A stretch of 64,000 nucleotides of DNA from Narcine bancroftii (GCF_036971445.1 NC_091472.1:121892001-121956000); one strand, 5' to 3'. Numbered from the stretch's first letter, positions 23,458-35,656 are shown. The notes: a model not told the origin generated them from the sequence alone. Translations and numbers: made by a program.

Positions 23458-25369
23458 ACTTTTTTGGGAAAATATCATTAAGGTTTTGGAAGATTTGTTC
23501 ATGATTGAATTGCAACTTGGTCCATTATTGTGCTTACTGGGTTATACTAATACATTAACGATGTGCAGAGAACAAAAAAAAGGACTCTACATCACCTTTG
23601 TTGACATCATCAAAGCCTTCGACACCGTGAGCAGGAAAGGGCTTTGGCAAGTACTAGAGCGCCTCAGATGCCCCCCAAAGTTCCTCAACATGGTTATCCA
23701 ACTGCACGAAAACCAACAAGATCGAGTCAGATACAGCAATGAGCTCTCTGAAACCTTCTCCATTAACAATGGCGTGAAGCAAGGCTGCATTCTCGCACCA
23801 ACCCTCTTTTCAATCTTCTTCAGCATGATGCTGAAACAAGCCATGAAAGATCTCAACAATGAAAACACTGTTTACATCCGGTACCGCACGGATGGCAGTC
23901 TCTTCAATCTGAGGCGCCTGCAAGCTCACACCAAGACACAAGAGAAACTTCTCCGTGAACTAATCTTTGCAGATGATGCCGCTTTAGTTGCCCATTCAGA
24001 GCCAGCTCTTCAGCGCTTGACGTCCTATTTTGCGGAAACTGCCAAAATGTTTGGCCTGGAAGTCAGCCTGAAGAAAACTGAGATCCTCCATCAGCCACCT
24101 CCCCACCATGGCTACTATCGGGCACACAAAACTCAAAACGGTCAACCAGTTTACCTATCTCAGCTGCACCATTTCATTGGATGCAAGGATCGACGAGATA
24201 GACAACAGACTCGCCAAGGCAAATAGCGCCTTTGGAAGACTACATAAAAGAGTCTGGAAAAACAACCAACTGAAAAACCTCACAAAGATTAGCGTATACT
24301 GAGCCGTTGTCATACCCACACTCCTGTACGGCTCCGAATCACAGGCCTTCTACCGGCATCACCTACGGCTCCTAGAACGCTTCCACCAGCGTTGTCTCCG
24401 CTCCATCCTCAACATTCATTGGAGCGACTTCATCTCCAACATCGAAGTACTCGAGATGGCAGAGGCCGACAGCATCGAATCCACGCTGCTGAAGATCCAA
24501 CTGCGTTGGGTAGGTCACGTCTCCAGAATGGAGGACCATCGCCTTCCCAAGATCATGTTATATGGCGAGCTCTCCACTGACCACCGTGACAGAGGTGCAC
24601 CAAAGAAGAGGTACAAGGACTGCCTAAAGAAATCTCTTGGTGCCTGCCACATTGACCACCGCCAGTGGGCTGATATCACCTCAAACCGTGCATCTTGGCA
24701 CCTCACAGTTCTGCAGGCAGCAACCTCCTTTGAAGAAGACCGCAGAGCCCACCTCACTGACAAAAGACAAAGGAGGAAAAACCCAACACCCAACCCCAAC
24801 CAACCAATTTTCCCTTGCAACCGCTGCAACCGTGTCTGCCTGTCCCGCATCGGACTTGTCAGCCACAAATGAGCCTGCAGTTGACGTGGACATTACCCCT
24901 CCATAAATCTTCATCCGCGAAGCCAAGCCAAAGAACGATGGGTTTATGATTGGATAAATTCCAACTAGCATTTATACATCTGGGGATAGTGGTGGCTAAA
25001 AAATGTATTGCTGTTTCGTGGAGAATGATGTTGAATTGAATATATAAAGATGGCACAATGAACTAAAATCATGTATTTATTTAGAGAAGATAACTTATAA
25101 CTATGAAATAATTATCCTTTATTTGTTAAAATGTGAAGTTAATATTTGAAACATATGGATTTAGATATAAATGTTATTTTTAATGATGTAAAGGGTTGGC
25201 ACACCACACAGTAACCGATAATTACCCAAAATATGTATTTTGCTCCGACATGGGGGAGGGACACATGGGAGGAGGGTGGAGGGAGGGGGGGTAGTTGGTG
25301 TATAGTTTTTTTAAATGTAAATTATTTTGTATGCATTCTGTAAAATTCATAAATAAAATTGTCAAAAAA
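23458..25369 (+). mobile_element. L1-type LINE 3' end, split by an RTE insertion
   Basis: FWENIIKVLEDLF..PLLCLLG, then after the RTE VAKKCIAVSW..CIYLEKITY, a G-rich 3' UTR, aataaa and an A-tail at 25364-25369. Confidence 0.8.
23564..24933 (+). mobile_element. Young 5'-truncated RTE-clade LINE (RT and C-terminal C2H2-like motif)
   Basis: FVDIIKAFDTVSR, GVKQGCILAPTLF, FADD, QLRWVGHVSRM..LYGEL, FPCNRCNRVCLSRIGLVSH. 7-bp TSD aacgatg at 23557-23563 and 24934-24940. Confidence 0.96.
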
Positions 25370-26794
25370 GCACTCCTGTCCTTCTGCACTACAGCATCCT
25401 GTGGTTTTTCACTATTTAAATAATAACCCGCTCTTCTATTTTTCCGGCCAAAGTGGATAACCCCACATTTACTAACATTGTACTACATCTGCAAGACCTC
25501 TGCCCACTCACCTAACTGCATTCTTCTGCAGCCTTTCCACATCCTCTGTACAATTTGCTTTTCCACTCAATTTAGTACCATCCGCAAAGTTGGCCTCACC
25601 ACTCTGTCCCCTCTTCCAAATCATCACTGTAAATGGTGTACAGCTGCGGGCCCAGCACCGACCCCTGCGTCCCTGCGCCCCCCCCTTTCTGCCAAACAGA
25701 AAAACACCTATTTATCCCGACTCTCTGCCTTCTGTCAGTTAACCAATCCTCAATCCATGCCAATATACTTCCCCCGACTCCATTGATCTGTATCTTATTG
25801 ATTACTCTTTTATGTGGCACCCTATCAAATGCCTCTGAAAATCCAAATATACATCAAACTGGTCCCCTCTATCTACCGCACCCATTATGTCTGGTTGTGT
25901 GTCTGCATGTTTTGCACCGAGGACCAGAGAACACTATTTCATTGGGTTGTACAATCAATTGACAATAAACTTGATTTAAAGAATAGTTGTGATGGTGATC
26001 GGGGGATGAAGTGTATACTACTCACAGACTCAATCTTATTACTGAGTTCCCAGTCCACATATTAGATACACTTCACAGCAACAAAGAGGGAATGACCCTG
26101 ATAATCACCAATAAAAATCATAGAAGCTAGTATCAAAACAAGTGTGTACTTTGACCTACATTGTGCCCTCCAGAATTTTAATTGGATTTTGCATCAACTC
26201 TGTGTGCCAATGAGTGTTTTCTCTCTTCTCATCTGTCATTAGACTGTAATACAATTATCTTTGCCTTGTGATGCATGACTACCTGACAGGAATGGGAGTC
26301 AACGATGGTGGAAAGGTCACCCAGAGATCCTGATGCCCACTAAGTTTGTGGATTACTTCAGAAACCATTCCAAATCACAGATGTTCTTCCCCCCACCCCA
26401 TAGAGAGTTTAGAATGTAGGTGGCTTCAATCTCTGCTTTGAGGAAACAGGAGATCCAAATGAATGTAAAATACAAGGGGTGTGTGATTGTCCTGTACAGA
26501 ATTAAAACAAAAACACCAAGAACAGCACTATATTGGCACAGAGATAAGAAATGCTGCCAACTGGCTTCCAAGATCTGGCTTCATTCCCAAGCTCTGCTGC
26601 TGTCCATGTGAAGTTTACACATTCTTGCCATGACTGCGTGGGTTTCTGGCAGTTCTCTAGTTTCTTCCTACATCGCAAAGATTTGCAGGTTTGTCAGTGA
26701 GTAACAAGGTATAGAGATGAAAGGTGGCATTTGGGGGAAGTTAACCCAGAAATTGACATCTTAGGAACCCGTCCATTTCAATGCTGAACAATTA

Positions 26795-27085
26795 CTCATA
26801 AGATATAGAGCAGAAGTAGGCCAATCAGCCCATCATATCTGCTTCACCATACTATCACGAGGTGATCCATCCTCTCAATTAGCCCCACTCCCTGGGCTTC
26901 TCCCCACAACCCTTGATACCCCGACTAATCAAATACCTGTCAATCTCTGCCTTAAATACACCCAATGACCTCGCTTCCACAGCCACATGTGGCAATAAGT
27001 TCCACAGGCTCACAACTTTTTGGCTCAAGACATTTTTCTGTATCTCTCTTTTAAATTGATGCCCTTTTACCCTGAAGTTGTGCCA
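26795..27085 (-). mobile_element. CR1 3' fragment
   Basis: SQKVVSLWNLLP..FKAEIDRYL and a CR1-type tail. Confidence 0.8.
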
Positions 27086-27409
27086 TATCAAATCTGTCCC
27101 AATCCCCGGAAGATCAGGAGAAGCCAGAAGCTTTTCCCAATGATGTCATGTCAAACTTTGGATGAGATTTTTGAACAAGCAGGCATCAGATCTCTCAGAA
27201 CTGATCCTTCTGTAGAGGTGCCAGCAAAATCCCCAATGTCCTGATCAACATCACTCAAATTGCCATATGTGAGATCTTGCTGTGCACACATTGGTTGCCT
27301 TTATTTACAAGGGATAATCACACATAACCCATACGGATTGTGATCAAAGCTTGCAAGGCCAGATCTGGGGACCTTCATAATCATGTCTCAGATTGATGTG
27401 TTTTTAAAA

Positions 27410-27655
27410 ATCTTTTAGACATACCGCACAGTAACAGGCCCTTTAGGTCCACAAGCCTGTGCTGCCCAATTACACCCAATTGACCTAGAACCCCTGGAAC
27501 ATTTTGAACGGTGGGAGGAAACCAGAGCACCCCGAAGAAACCTATGTAGTCATGGAGAGAACATACAAACTCCTTACAGACAGCACCAGATTGGAACCTG
27601 GGTTGCTGGGGCTGTAACAGCATTGTGCTAACCTCTATACTAACTGTGCCAACCC
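27410..27655 (-). mobile_element. V-type (HE1-like) SINE
   Basis: gtgggaggaaaccagagcaccc..caaactccttacagacagc..gaacc..gtgctaacc. CR1-like tail at the left. Confidence 0.8.
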
Positions 27656-27879
27656 GTGTTGCAAGACTGTCTTTGATAATCCCTTGGTTTTCCCCTGGAT
27701 CTAACGCCAGTCTGCACTGCTTCCATCCTGGTCCTGAATTCCCCACCCACTGCAGCCCCATGGAACCTGATCCTCCACTGAACCACCGGCCTGCTGCAAC
27801 AACCTCTCCGACCCCTCACCTCTCCAGTCATGCCCCAGCCCCCACCAACTACCCACTCATGCCTCTCACAATCCAGGCC

Positions 27880-28400
27880 AATGTGTAATCTGCTAGAGAA
27901 ACTCATCAGGTCAAGCGCCATCAGTGGGAGAAAAAGGTTAACATTTCAGACTGCAATCCTTCATCAGGACTGAAAGTGCAGAGGAGAGATGATCAGTATA
28001 ATGAGGACATAGTGGGAGGGGGTTGGAGAGGGACCAGGAGGGGATTGGTGAACCAGGGAGGGGTGAAGGATGACGCACAGACGCAGCTGATGCCAGACAA
28101 AGGAGAGAAAGACAAGAGGAAAATAGGGGTACGGTAGAGGGAGACAAGTCCTATATGTTGGAAGGGGGTGATAAAGGGATATAAAGGAAGCAAGTGCTGG
28201 AATCCATAAGAAGGTGACAATGATGGTCAATTCAAAGATGGAGAACAGATGGAGATGAAGCAAGGTGGGTTGACAGGGGTGGGTGGGGGGAAGAGAGAGA
28301 GAAGGATCCCAGAGCGGAAACATGGTGGAAGCAGTGATTTGAGGAACCAGAGAGTACCTTTGTCATTGTGTTTTGCTCTAGATTCCAGCATCTGCAGTCT
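27880..28400. mobile_element. Penelope-derived segment with inverted arms and a hammerhead-like core
   Basis: Minus strand 27940-27969 reads tcCTGATGAaggattgcagtctGAAAtgtt. Purine-rich body. Right arm gattccagcatctgcagtc. Confidence 0.65.
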
Positions 28401-28679
28401 TATTATGCAAGTGGTTATTATGGGCCCTGTATTGTGTGAGCACCATGGTCCACAGAAACACTGCTTTGTCCGGTTGAGAATGTACTCAAACTCGTGTGCC
28501 CTTCACAATGTGGGCTGGACTTGTACCTGGTTTCATTAGTGCTCTACAGCCTATGAAGGGATAAGGGCTTCTCCTGGTTCAATATTCAAGGAATATACAT
28601 ACAATAGTGTGTCTGCCACTGGCTTCTGACAAAGTGCACTGTGATTGTCATGTTCACTGGTCGTAGGCCACATTGTTTT

Positions 28680-30360
28680 GGGATCTCAAACTCCTCCCTC
28701 CCCAACCCTTCACCTCCCCTCTCTAACTTCCCCTACCTTCCACCTCCACATTCTGACCTCCCTAACCCTCCACCTCCCAACACCGTCCAGCACATTGATG
28801 CCCGCTCTGACCCCTGCTTGGTCCCTATCATCCCCTCTGTTCTTCCCTTCTCCAAAACAGAGTGCTCAGTCCTCAGTAAAGGCCTTAGCTTTGCCCCCCT
28901 TCCGCCCAACACCTTAATGAGTTCTGCACACATCACAATGCTGAATTCTTCTTCCGTCGCCTCCATCTCCAGGCCTACTTCCACAACCATGACTCACCAC
29001 CACTCCCCACTCAAGTTCCTTTCTCCCTCTTTAAGCCTTCTTCCTCTTAAATACCTCGTGCTGGCCAGCCGCCCACTCTGGATTTTTTATTTCCAACTGC
29101 TGCCAAGACATCAACCGTCTCATCTTCACCACTCCCCTCTCATATTCTAATCTGACTTCCACCGAACCCTCTGCCCTTCACCCACTCAGCAACAATCCCA
29201 ACCTCACCAGCAAAACCACAGACAAGGGTGTGCTGTAGTAGTCTGGCGCACTGACATCTACCTTGCCGAGGCCAGACGACAGCTCTCAGACACCTCCTCC
29301 TACTTACCCCTTCCACAGGACCCCACCACAGAACATCAAGCCACTGTGTCCAACACCATCTCCAACCTCATCACTTCTGGCCACCTCCAATCTCATTGTT
29401 TCTCACCTCTGCACTACCTGGTTCAACCTCTTTCCCAAGAATATAGACACTCAATTATCCGGGTAGACTCATTGTTTCCTCTTAGTCTACTCCATCTTTT
29501 CTCACCTGGTCCAATCCCTCCCCACCTACATCCATCATACCTCACATGCCCTCCATCTCTTCAATGACTTCCAATTGCCTGAACCAGACTGCTTCATTTT
29601 CACTATGGATGTCCAATCCCTTTACACATCCATCCCCCATACAGAAGGTCCTCAAAACAGTCATAGGAAGAACATACAAACTCCTCACACACAGCATGGG
29701 ATTTGAACCCTGTTCCTGATCACCAGTGCTGTAACAGTGTTGCGCTAACCGCCTACGATGCCTTCCATGAAGCAACACTTTACTTGTGTATCTACGGGAA
29801 TTATCCCATGTTTCCTTTGTGGTCTTGTCTACATCAGAGAGAATGGCACATACTGGGAGATTGCTTCAGTGAGCTCCTTCACTCTGTCTGCAACTGAGAC
29901 AGAGATCTCCCAATGGCCAACCACTTCAATTCCATGCCCATTCCCATGCTCACATGTCTGTCCATGACTTCATATACTATATCCCCCCCCCCATAAATTT
30001 ACTCCATAAATTGGAGGAACAACACTTGATTTTCCACTAGGGCACTCTCCACTCAGATGGCCTTAACATCAACTTCTCTGGCTTCTGCTAGTCTACTCTC
30101 TGCTCTCCCTCCCTTCTTTTCTCCAGCTCTCCATTCATGAAGCCACCCCTCCTCCCCCCCTGCTCATTGGTGTAACCTCCCTCCCTTATTACCTCCTGCT
30201 TTTGGGACAGTGCTCCTCCCTCTACCATTTAGTTTGGGCACCTGCCGACATTCATTCATACCTTCATGAAGGGCTCAAGCCTGAAATGTTGGTTATCTGT
30301 CTTTATCTTTGCTACAAAAAATACACTTTAAACTTCAACCACAGTGTCTGCAGACTTCTA
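28680..30360 (+). mobile_element. Penelope-like element, decayed and internally deleted
   Basis: TECSVLSKGLSFAP, DKG..VVWRTDIYLAEARRQL, FIFTMDVQSLYTSIPH, GIY-YIG remnant LGDCFSE, KLEEQHLIF, and a pLTR motif at 30261-30290. Confidence 0.85.
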
Positions 30361-30559
30361 TGTTTTATAAAGCAAATATTCTTCCTTTAATTCTAACTGC
30401 AAAATTGTTACCAGTTTGACAGTGTTTAATTTCTTTCAGCTGCTCAGAGTCCCAACGTAAAACAGCACAGACACCGTGGGTCCCTGAGTGGCTCCGTTTG
30501 TAAACACACACACTGGCTTTAAACTGGAGTTGCAAAGCCCTTCCCATGCTTTGGAAATA

Positions 30560-31665
30560 TGGAAGATCAGATTATTATTTAAATGGCAAGTGGCTGCAGA
30601 AGGAAGTGCTTGTTGGTTTACAGGTGCAGGAGGCCATGAAGAAGGCAAATGTATTGTTGGCCTTCAATGCTAGAAGAATGGAATTTAGGAGCAGGGAGGT
30701 TATGCTGCAACTGTATAAGATACTGGTAATGCTACATCTGGAGCACTACATGCAGTTCTGGTCTCCTTACTTGAGGAAGGATGTACTGGCTTTGGAGGCA
30801 GTGCAGAGGAGGTTCATCAGGTTGATTTCAGAGTTGAGGGGATGAGCCTATGAGGAGAGATTGAGTCGTTTGTGACTCCCTACTAGGAACAATTTTTTTC
30901 CATTTCCATTATTAAGATTAATAAGTAAAGGGGGTTCAAATACAGATTACAGATCATATCATAAAATAACATGATCACATCAGAAGTATAAAATCTTATA
31001 CAAGGGAATTTAATGTGTATTATTGGTATAATTGTTGTATTCAATATTGATTTTGGACATAATACAAGTTATGATTTAATTGTTTAATTATTATAATGAT
31101 AGAATTTGATGTGCTGAATAAAATAAATTAATGTAATAATTCTGGTTATACTACTAATTTTCAATTCATATGTGACAATATACATGATAAGATTTGGTTT
31201 GTGTTATCATTAATAGACCTTGTGTAAAGTGTTTTTGTTCAACTCAATAAAAAATATTTTAAAAAGAGTCATCTGGGGCTGTACTCACTGGAATTTAGAA
31301 GAATGAGAGGGGATCTTATAGAAATGTATAGATAAGGTAGAGGTAGGTAAGTGGTTTCCATTGGTGGAGGAGACCAGAACTAGAACTACGATACAGGGTA
31401 GTAGATGTAGGACAGAGATGAGGAGAAACTGCTTATCCCAGAGGGTGGAGAATCTATGGAATTTGCTGCCTATTGAAGCAGTGGAGGTGACCTCAGTTAA
31501 TATATTTAGATTTGTACATAGAAGGGGAATTAAGGTATATTGGGGGGGGGGGGGGGGGGGGGAAGGCAGGTAGGTGGAGATGAGCCTATCATCAGATCAG
31601 CCATGACCTCAGGGTTGATGGGCTGGATGGCCTACTCCTGCTCCTTTTACTTTTGTTCTTATGTT
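30560..31665 (+). mobile_element. CR1 3' portion with an AT-rich insert at 30878-31265
   Basis: EFRSREVMLQLYK..QFWSPYLRKD..VQRRFIRLI, then LYSLEFRRMRGDL and SQRVENLWNLLP after the insert. Confidence 0.85.
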
Positions 31666-32005
31666 TTTATGGCTGCTGGCCCAACTTCTCTATGCTGTTT
31701 AGTGAAGCTCATCCCTTTTTAATTTATAGTATGGTGGAAGACATTCCAACCCATGGAACATGTGTTGCCCAATTAACCTCCCAACCCTCTAAAATATATG
31801 GGGTTGGAAGAAACCAGATTGCCTAGAGGAAACCTGCACAGGTCACAGGGAGAACTGTGCAACTGAGACAGTGCTGGATTCGAACCTGGTCGCTGCCACT
31901 GTAATAATATTGCACTTACCATTTGGCCTGTGCTCAGCCCACATCCCTCCAAACCTTTCCTGCCCATTGCACTCTCTCCAGCACAATCATCTTTCCACGT
32001 GTCAG

Positions 32006-32104
32006 AATGAGTGCCTGCAGGGGGTCTTCTCGATCAGTGGGACCCTGCTCGCAAAACTGGTGGAACACATTGAAACAGTGCTGCTGGATTTACTGTCAGC
32101 AAAG
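32006..32104 (+). CDS. Candidate 99-nt coding exon of an unidentified gene
   Basis: ctttccacgtgtcag|AAT...AAG|gttagg. Open phase-0 frame NECLQGVFSISGTLLAKLVEHIETVLLDLLSAK in non-repeat DNA. No homology recognised. Confidence 0.35.
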
Positions 32105-32516
32105 GTTAGGCTGCTTCACCCTGGCTCAGAGTAATGAAGTTACCGAGGGATTATTGCTTCTGGGGAACCTAATAGAATAAAGTGTCAAACTTCAAAACAG
32201 AAGCCAATTCATCATTGTTCATCTCCAGGCTCTACAAAGCTGGAGCTGTTCAGTAATCCACGTTGCAGTCCCCAGATGATTCACAACATCGTGCTGCTTC
32301 TCTGTGATCTTTTATTTATAAGATGGACATTTCTCCTAGAACCTCCCAGGCAGCCTGAAATGAAGGCTGTCATGGCAAGACGAAGCAACACCACATCTCC
32401 CCTCTCCTTTCCTTCCCCAGCACCTTGAGGGACCACTGCTAAGTACCACTGTTCAAGAGAATGGACAAATGTGTTTGGACAGATTGGCACCAAGAAATAA
32501 AGGTCATCAGTCCCAA

Positions 32517-32754
32517 GTCAAACCCACCTCCCATCACAGTTGAAGGCCTGCACCAATGCAACTGTTAGTACCTACCTCCCTCCCACAGATCAGTCACAGA
32601 ACATTTCAAAAAAACAGCAGTCCCCTCTACATGCAGTCAAACCCACCTCCCATCACAGTTGAAGGCCTGCACCAATGCAACTGTTGGTCCCTACCTCCCT
32701 CCCACAGATCAGTCACAGAACATTTCAAAAAAACAGCAGTCCCCTCTACATGCA
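32517..32754. repeat. Tandem duplication, 2 x 119 bp
   Basis: 32517-32635 and 32636-32754 differ at two positions (ttagta vs ttggtc). Confidence 0.95.
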
Positions 32755-33254
32755 ACCTTAGAGCCCCGGGTCATGGAGTTTGACAGCAAACTTGGCCTTT
32801 CAGCCCAACATGTCCATGCCAACCAAGTTTTTTGCCCAAGGAAGTCCTACTTTCCTGCATTTGGCCCATAGCCCACTAAATCTTTCCTATCCATGTACCT
32901 GTCCAGATGTCTTTCAAACATTAGAATTATCCCTACCTCTACCACATCCTCTCATAGCTCACTCCACATATCTACAACCCTTCGTGTGAAAATGTTACCC
33001 CTCAATTCCCATTCAAATTGTTCTCTTCTCACCTCAATTCATCCCCTCTAGTTTTAGTTTCCCCTACTCAAGGAAAACACCATGCTCCTCATAATTTTGT
33101 CCACCTCCATACGTTTCACTTCAGTATCCTAGGGAGAAAAGTCCCAGCCTATTCAGCTACTCCTTGTAATTCTAGACTGTCTTTTAACTGCCACATCTTC
33201 TAAACATGTAGAAATCATTTAAGAACTAAGATAGCATTTTTTTTGTTTATTCAT

Positions 33255-33790
33255 AATGTGTGCATTTCTGGCAAAGGCAGCATTTATTTCCCATCCATTA
33301 TTGCCTCTGGCTACTATGCCCACACAGAGGGGAATTAACCTCATTGGCGGATCAGGTCTCACATGTGTGCCAGACCAGATAAGGACAACATATTTCTTCT
33401 CCTGAAGAACATTAGTAAATTGGATGGGTGTGCGGTGGAACATGGTATTGTGGGACGTACCCCCATTGAGCTGGGCAGGCTGGCCCACCTGCTGAACCTG
33501 TATCCCCTCCCCTTAAGACCCCTAACTGAGAGCCCTAGTCTCTTCCCCCATACCTGACCTTGGACTTGAGCCAGCCACATGCTGAGGCATGCCTGGATCT
33601 TTAGATCAATAAAGCCTTTGGCCCTTACTTCACACTACAGCGTGCTCATAACAATCCAAGAGTTTGGTGATTGTTATTACTTGTTTTTTATTATTATTAT
33701 ATTTCAGATTGTGAACTGGATTTAAGTTCCACAACACCTGTGCTGGGATTCGAACTCATGTGTGTGGAATGATAGGCCGGAATGTACTTG
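33255..33790 (-). mobile_element. Deu-type (SacSINE1-like) SINE with an LTR-like insert at about 33429-33653
   Basis: gcagcatttatttcccatcc tail, ctcacatgt..ccagacc..ctgaagaacattagt core, gggattcgaactc B box. Insert is TG..CA with aataaa but has no clear TSD. Confidence 0.6.
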
Positions 33791-34254
33791 GTCTGCTCCA
33801 CTTTGAAGAGCTCATATGAGAAGTGTTCAAATATCACAGTGCACTTCAGAGGACCATTAGCAGACAAAGACTTGACCCAGAAGCTCTGACCAAACAGAAG
33901 GTCAAAGGTTCAGTTTTTGAAGAGGTAAAAATAGAATTCCAGGGCTTACCACTTGGGCACCTGAGGGTTGTGCTACCACTGATGGACTGTAGACTTGGGA
34001 AGTTAGGGTGGCCAAAGGTGGCTATTTCAGTGGACTATATGCTTGGAGCAGTGATCAAAGGCTGTGAGGGAGTCATGGTGGAATTTCAAAGCAAAATGTT
34101 TAGGACTGAATCATTGCACGTGTGCTGAGCAGAGGAAGATGATGTGTATCAGGATGCTGGGAGGAGGACACAAACAGCACTGCTTGTAAACAGTACATGC
34201 AGGGAAAGTGGATGGCTGAGAAGGAGACTCGATGAGCAATGTAAATACTTTGAC

Positions 34255-34975
34255 TATTTCTGTGTGCAGTAACTACAGGAAAGATATCGATAAGGTTAAA
34301 TGAACACAGAGACTGATTCCAACCTGGGATTTGAGGAGCTGAATCACAGGGAAGGGTTTTTTAAAAATTTAATTTAGAGATACAGTATGGTAACAGGACC
34401 ATCCAGTCCACAAGCCTGTACCGCCCAATTACCATGTGTCTTATTAACTACGATCTTTGAAATGTGGGAGGAGATTTGAGCACCTGGAGGAAACCCACAT
34501 GGTTACGGGGTGAGAATACAAGCTCCTTACAGACAGCGCTAGATTGGAACCCAGATCGCTGGTGCTGTAGTAGCATCGCATTAAATAGGTTAGGGACTCT
34601 TTTTCCCTGTAGTGTTGGAGAATGATGGGAGATTTGATAGAGGCATACAAAAATTATGAAAGGTATAGAGAGAGTAAATGCAAGCAGGCTTTTTCCACTG
34701 AGGTAACATGAAACAAGAACTAGAGTGAAAGGGGAGATGTTTAAAGGGAACATCATGGGGGGGAAATGCACGGACACATTTGGGCAACGAGAGTGTGGAA
34801 CAGGATGCCAGCTGATGTCGTGAATGTGGGTTCAATTTTGACATTTAAGAAAACTTTGGATAGGTACACAGATAGGAGGGTTATGGAGGGTCTGTGCGCA
34901 GGTCAATGGGACTAGGCAGAATAATATTTTGGCACAGGCTAGATGTTTCGGGGCTGCAGTGTTTTATGGTTCTAT
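34255..34975 (+). mobile_element. CR1 3' fragment with a nested minus-strand V-SINE (about 34365-34585)
   Basis: LGLFSL..RMMGDLIEAYKIMKGI motif. SINE core gtgggagga..ctccttacagacagc. Confidence 0.75.
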
Positions 34976-35656
34976 TTGTATAACGTGGCTATATTCTACA
35001 AATATTCAATCTGTTCACTACTTTTGACTCAAAAACCTGCATTGCAAACAAGCTGTGTGATTGACTGATTCCCAACCTCAAAGCTGGCTCACAGGATAGA
35101 GATTTTTTTTTAAATCATTGACTTTTAGTAGACTTGTCATTGGTTTTTTTGGATATGCTCTGAGTGGTGTCCTGGAGATAAATCCCTGCAGGCTCCTGGC
35201 AAGCCTACAGTAAGACTTAAACCACAGTGGAAGGTGGTCAGGGTCACTCACTCCTGTCAAGGAAGTGAGTCGAAGCGAACAGCTCACACAGCACACGGAC
35301 ACAAGCACACATTACTTGTCCTGTTACCTGGCAACTGAAGGTCACAGGTTGACAAACAACATCCTCTGCCAAGAGTGCTCAACTGGGGTCCATTGTGGGG
35401 AATCAAACCCTCTTTTTACAACCTTGGCATGAAGACAGAACAGAGATGATATTTCTCTGCCCAATCTCCTGGGAAGCATTTTGTAACTTCCAATCAGTTC
35501 CCCCTTATTTTGCATCCCTACTCAAGATAATGGTAAAGCAAGCTTGGTGCGTCCAATCACAATTGGAGCAGCCAGCTGTGCCCCCACTCTGGCTTCCGTC
35601 ACTGCTGGCAAGCCCAATACAAGGGAGTGAGGGGAGTCCTGCTGTTCACTGGGAAG

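Larger units (their letters stand above)
22345..25883 (-). mobile_element. CR1 LINE 3' portion, interrupted by a gap and by L1/RTE
   Basis: Tail ataagaacataagaa at 22345. ORF 22693-23352 (QKDLGVFVHES..RRIRGDLIETYKI..FFQRVVNLWNSLP). RT piece GSVLGPQLYTIY..DDLEEG at 25596-25820. Confidence 0.85.

Noticed and set aside
23441-24226. 261-aa ORF as a host gene
   Set aside because: It is a chance in-frame fusion of antisense CR1, L1 and RTE RT sequence across insertion junctions.
33429-33653. Solo LTR as a firm call
   Set aside because: TG..CA ends and aataaa are present, but no TSD could be matched and there is no second copy in the window.
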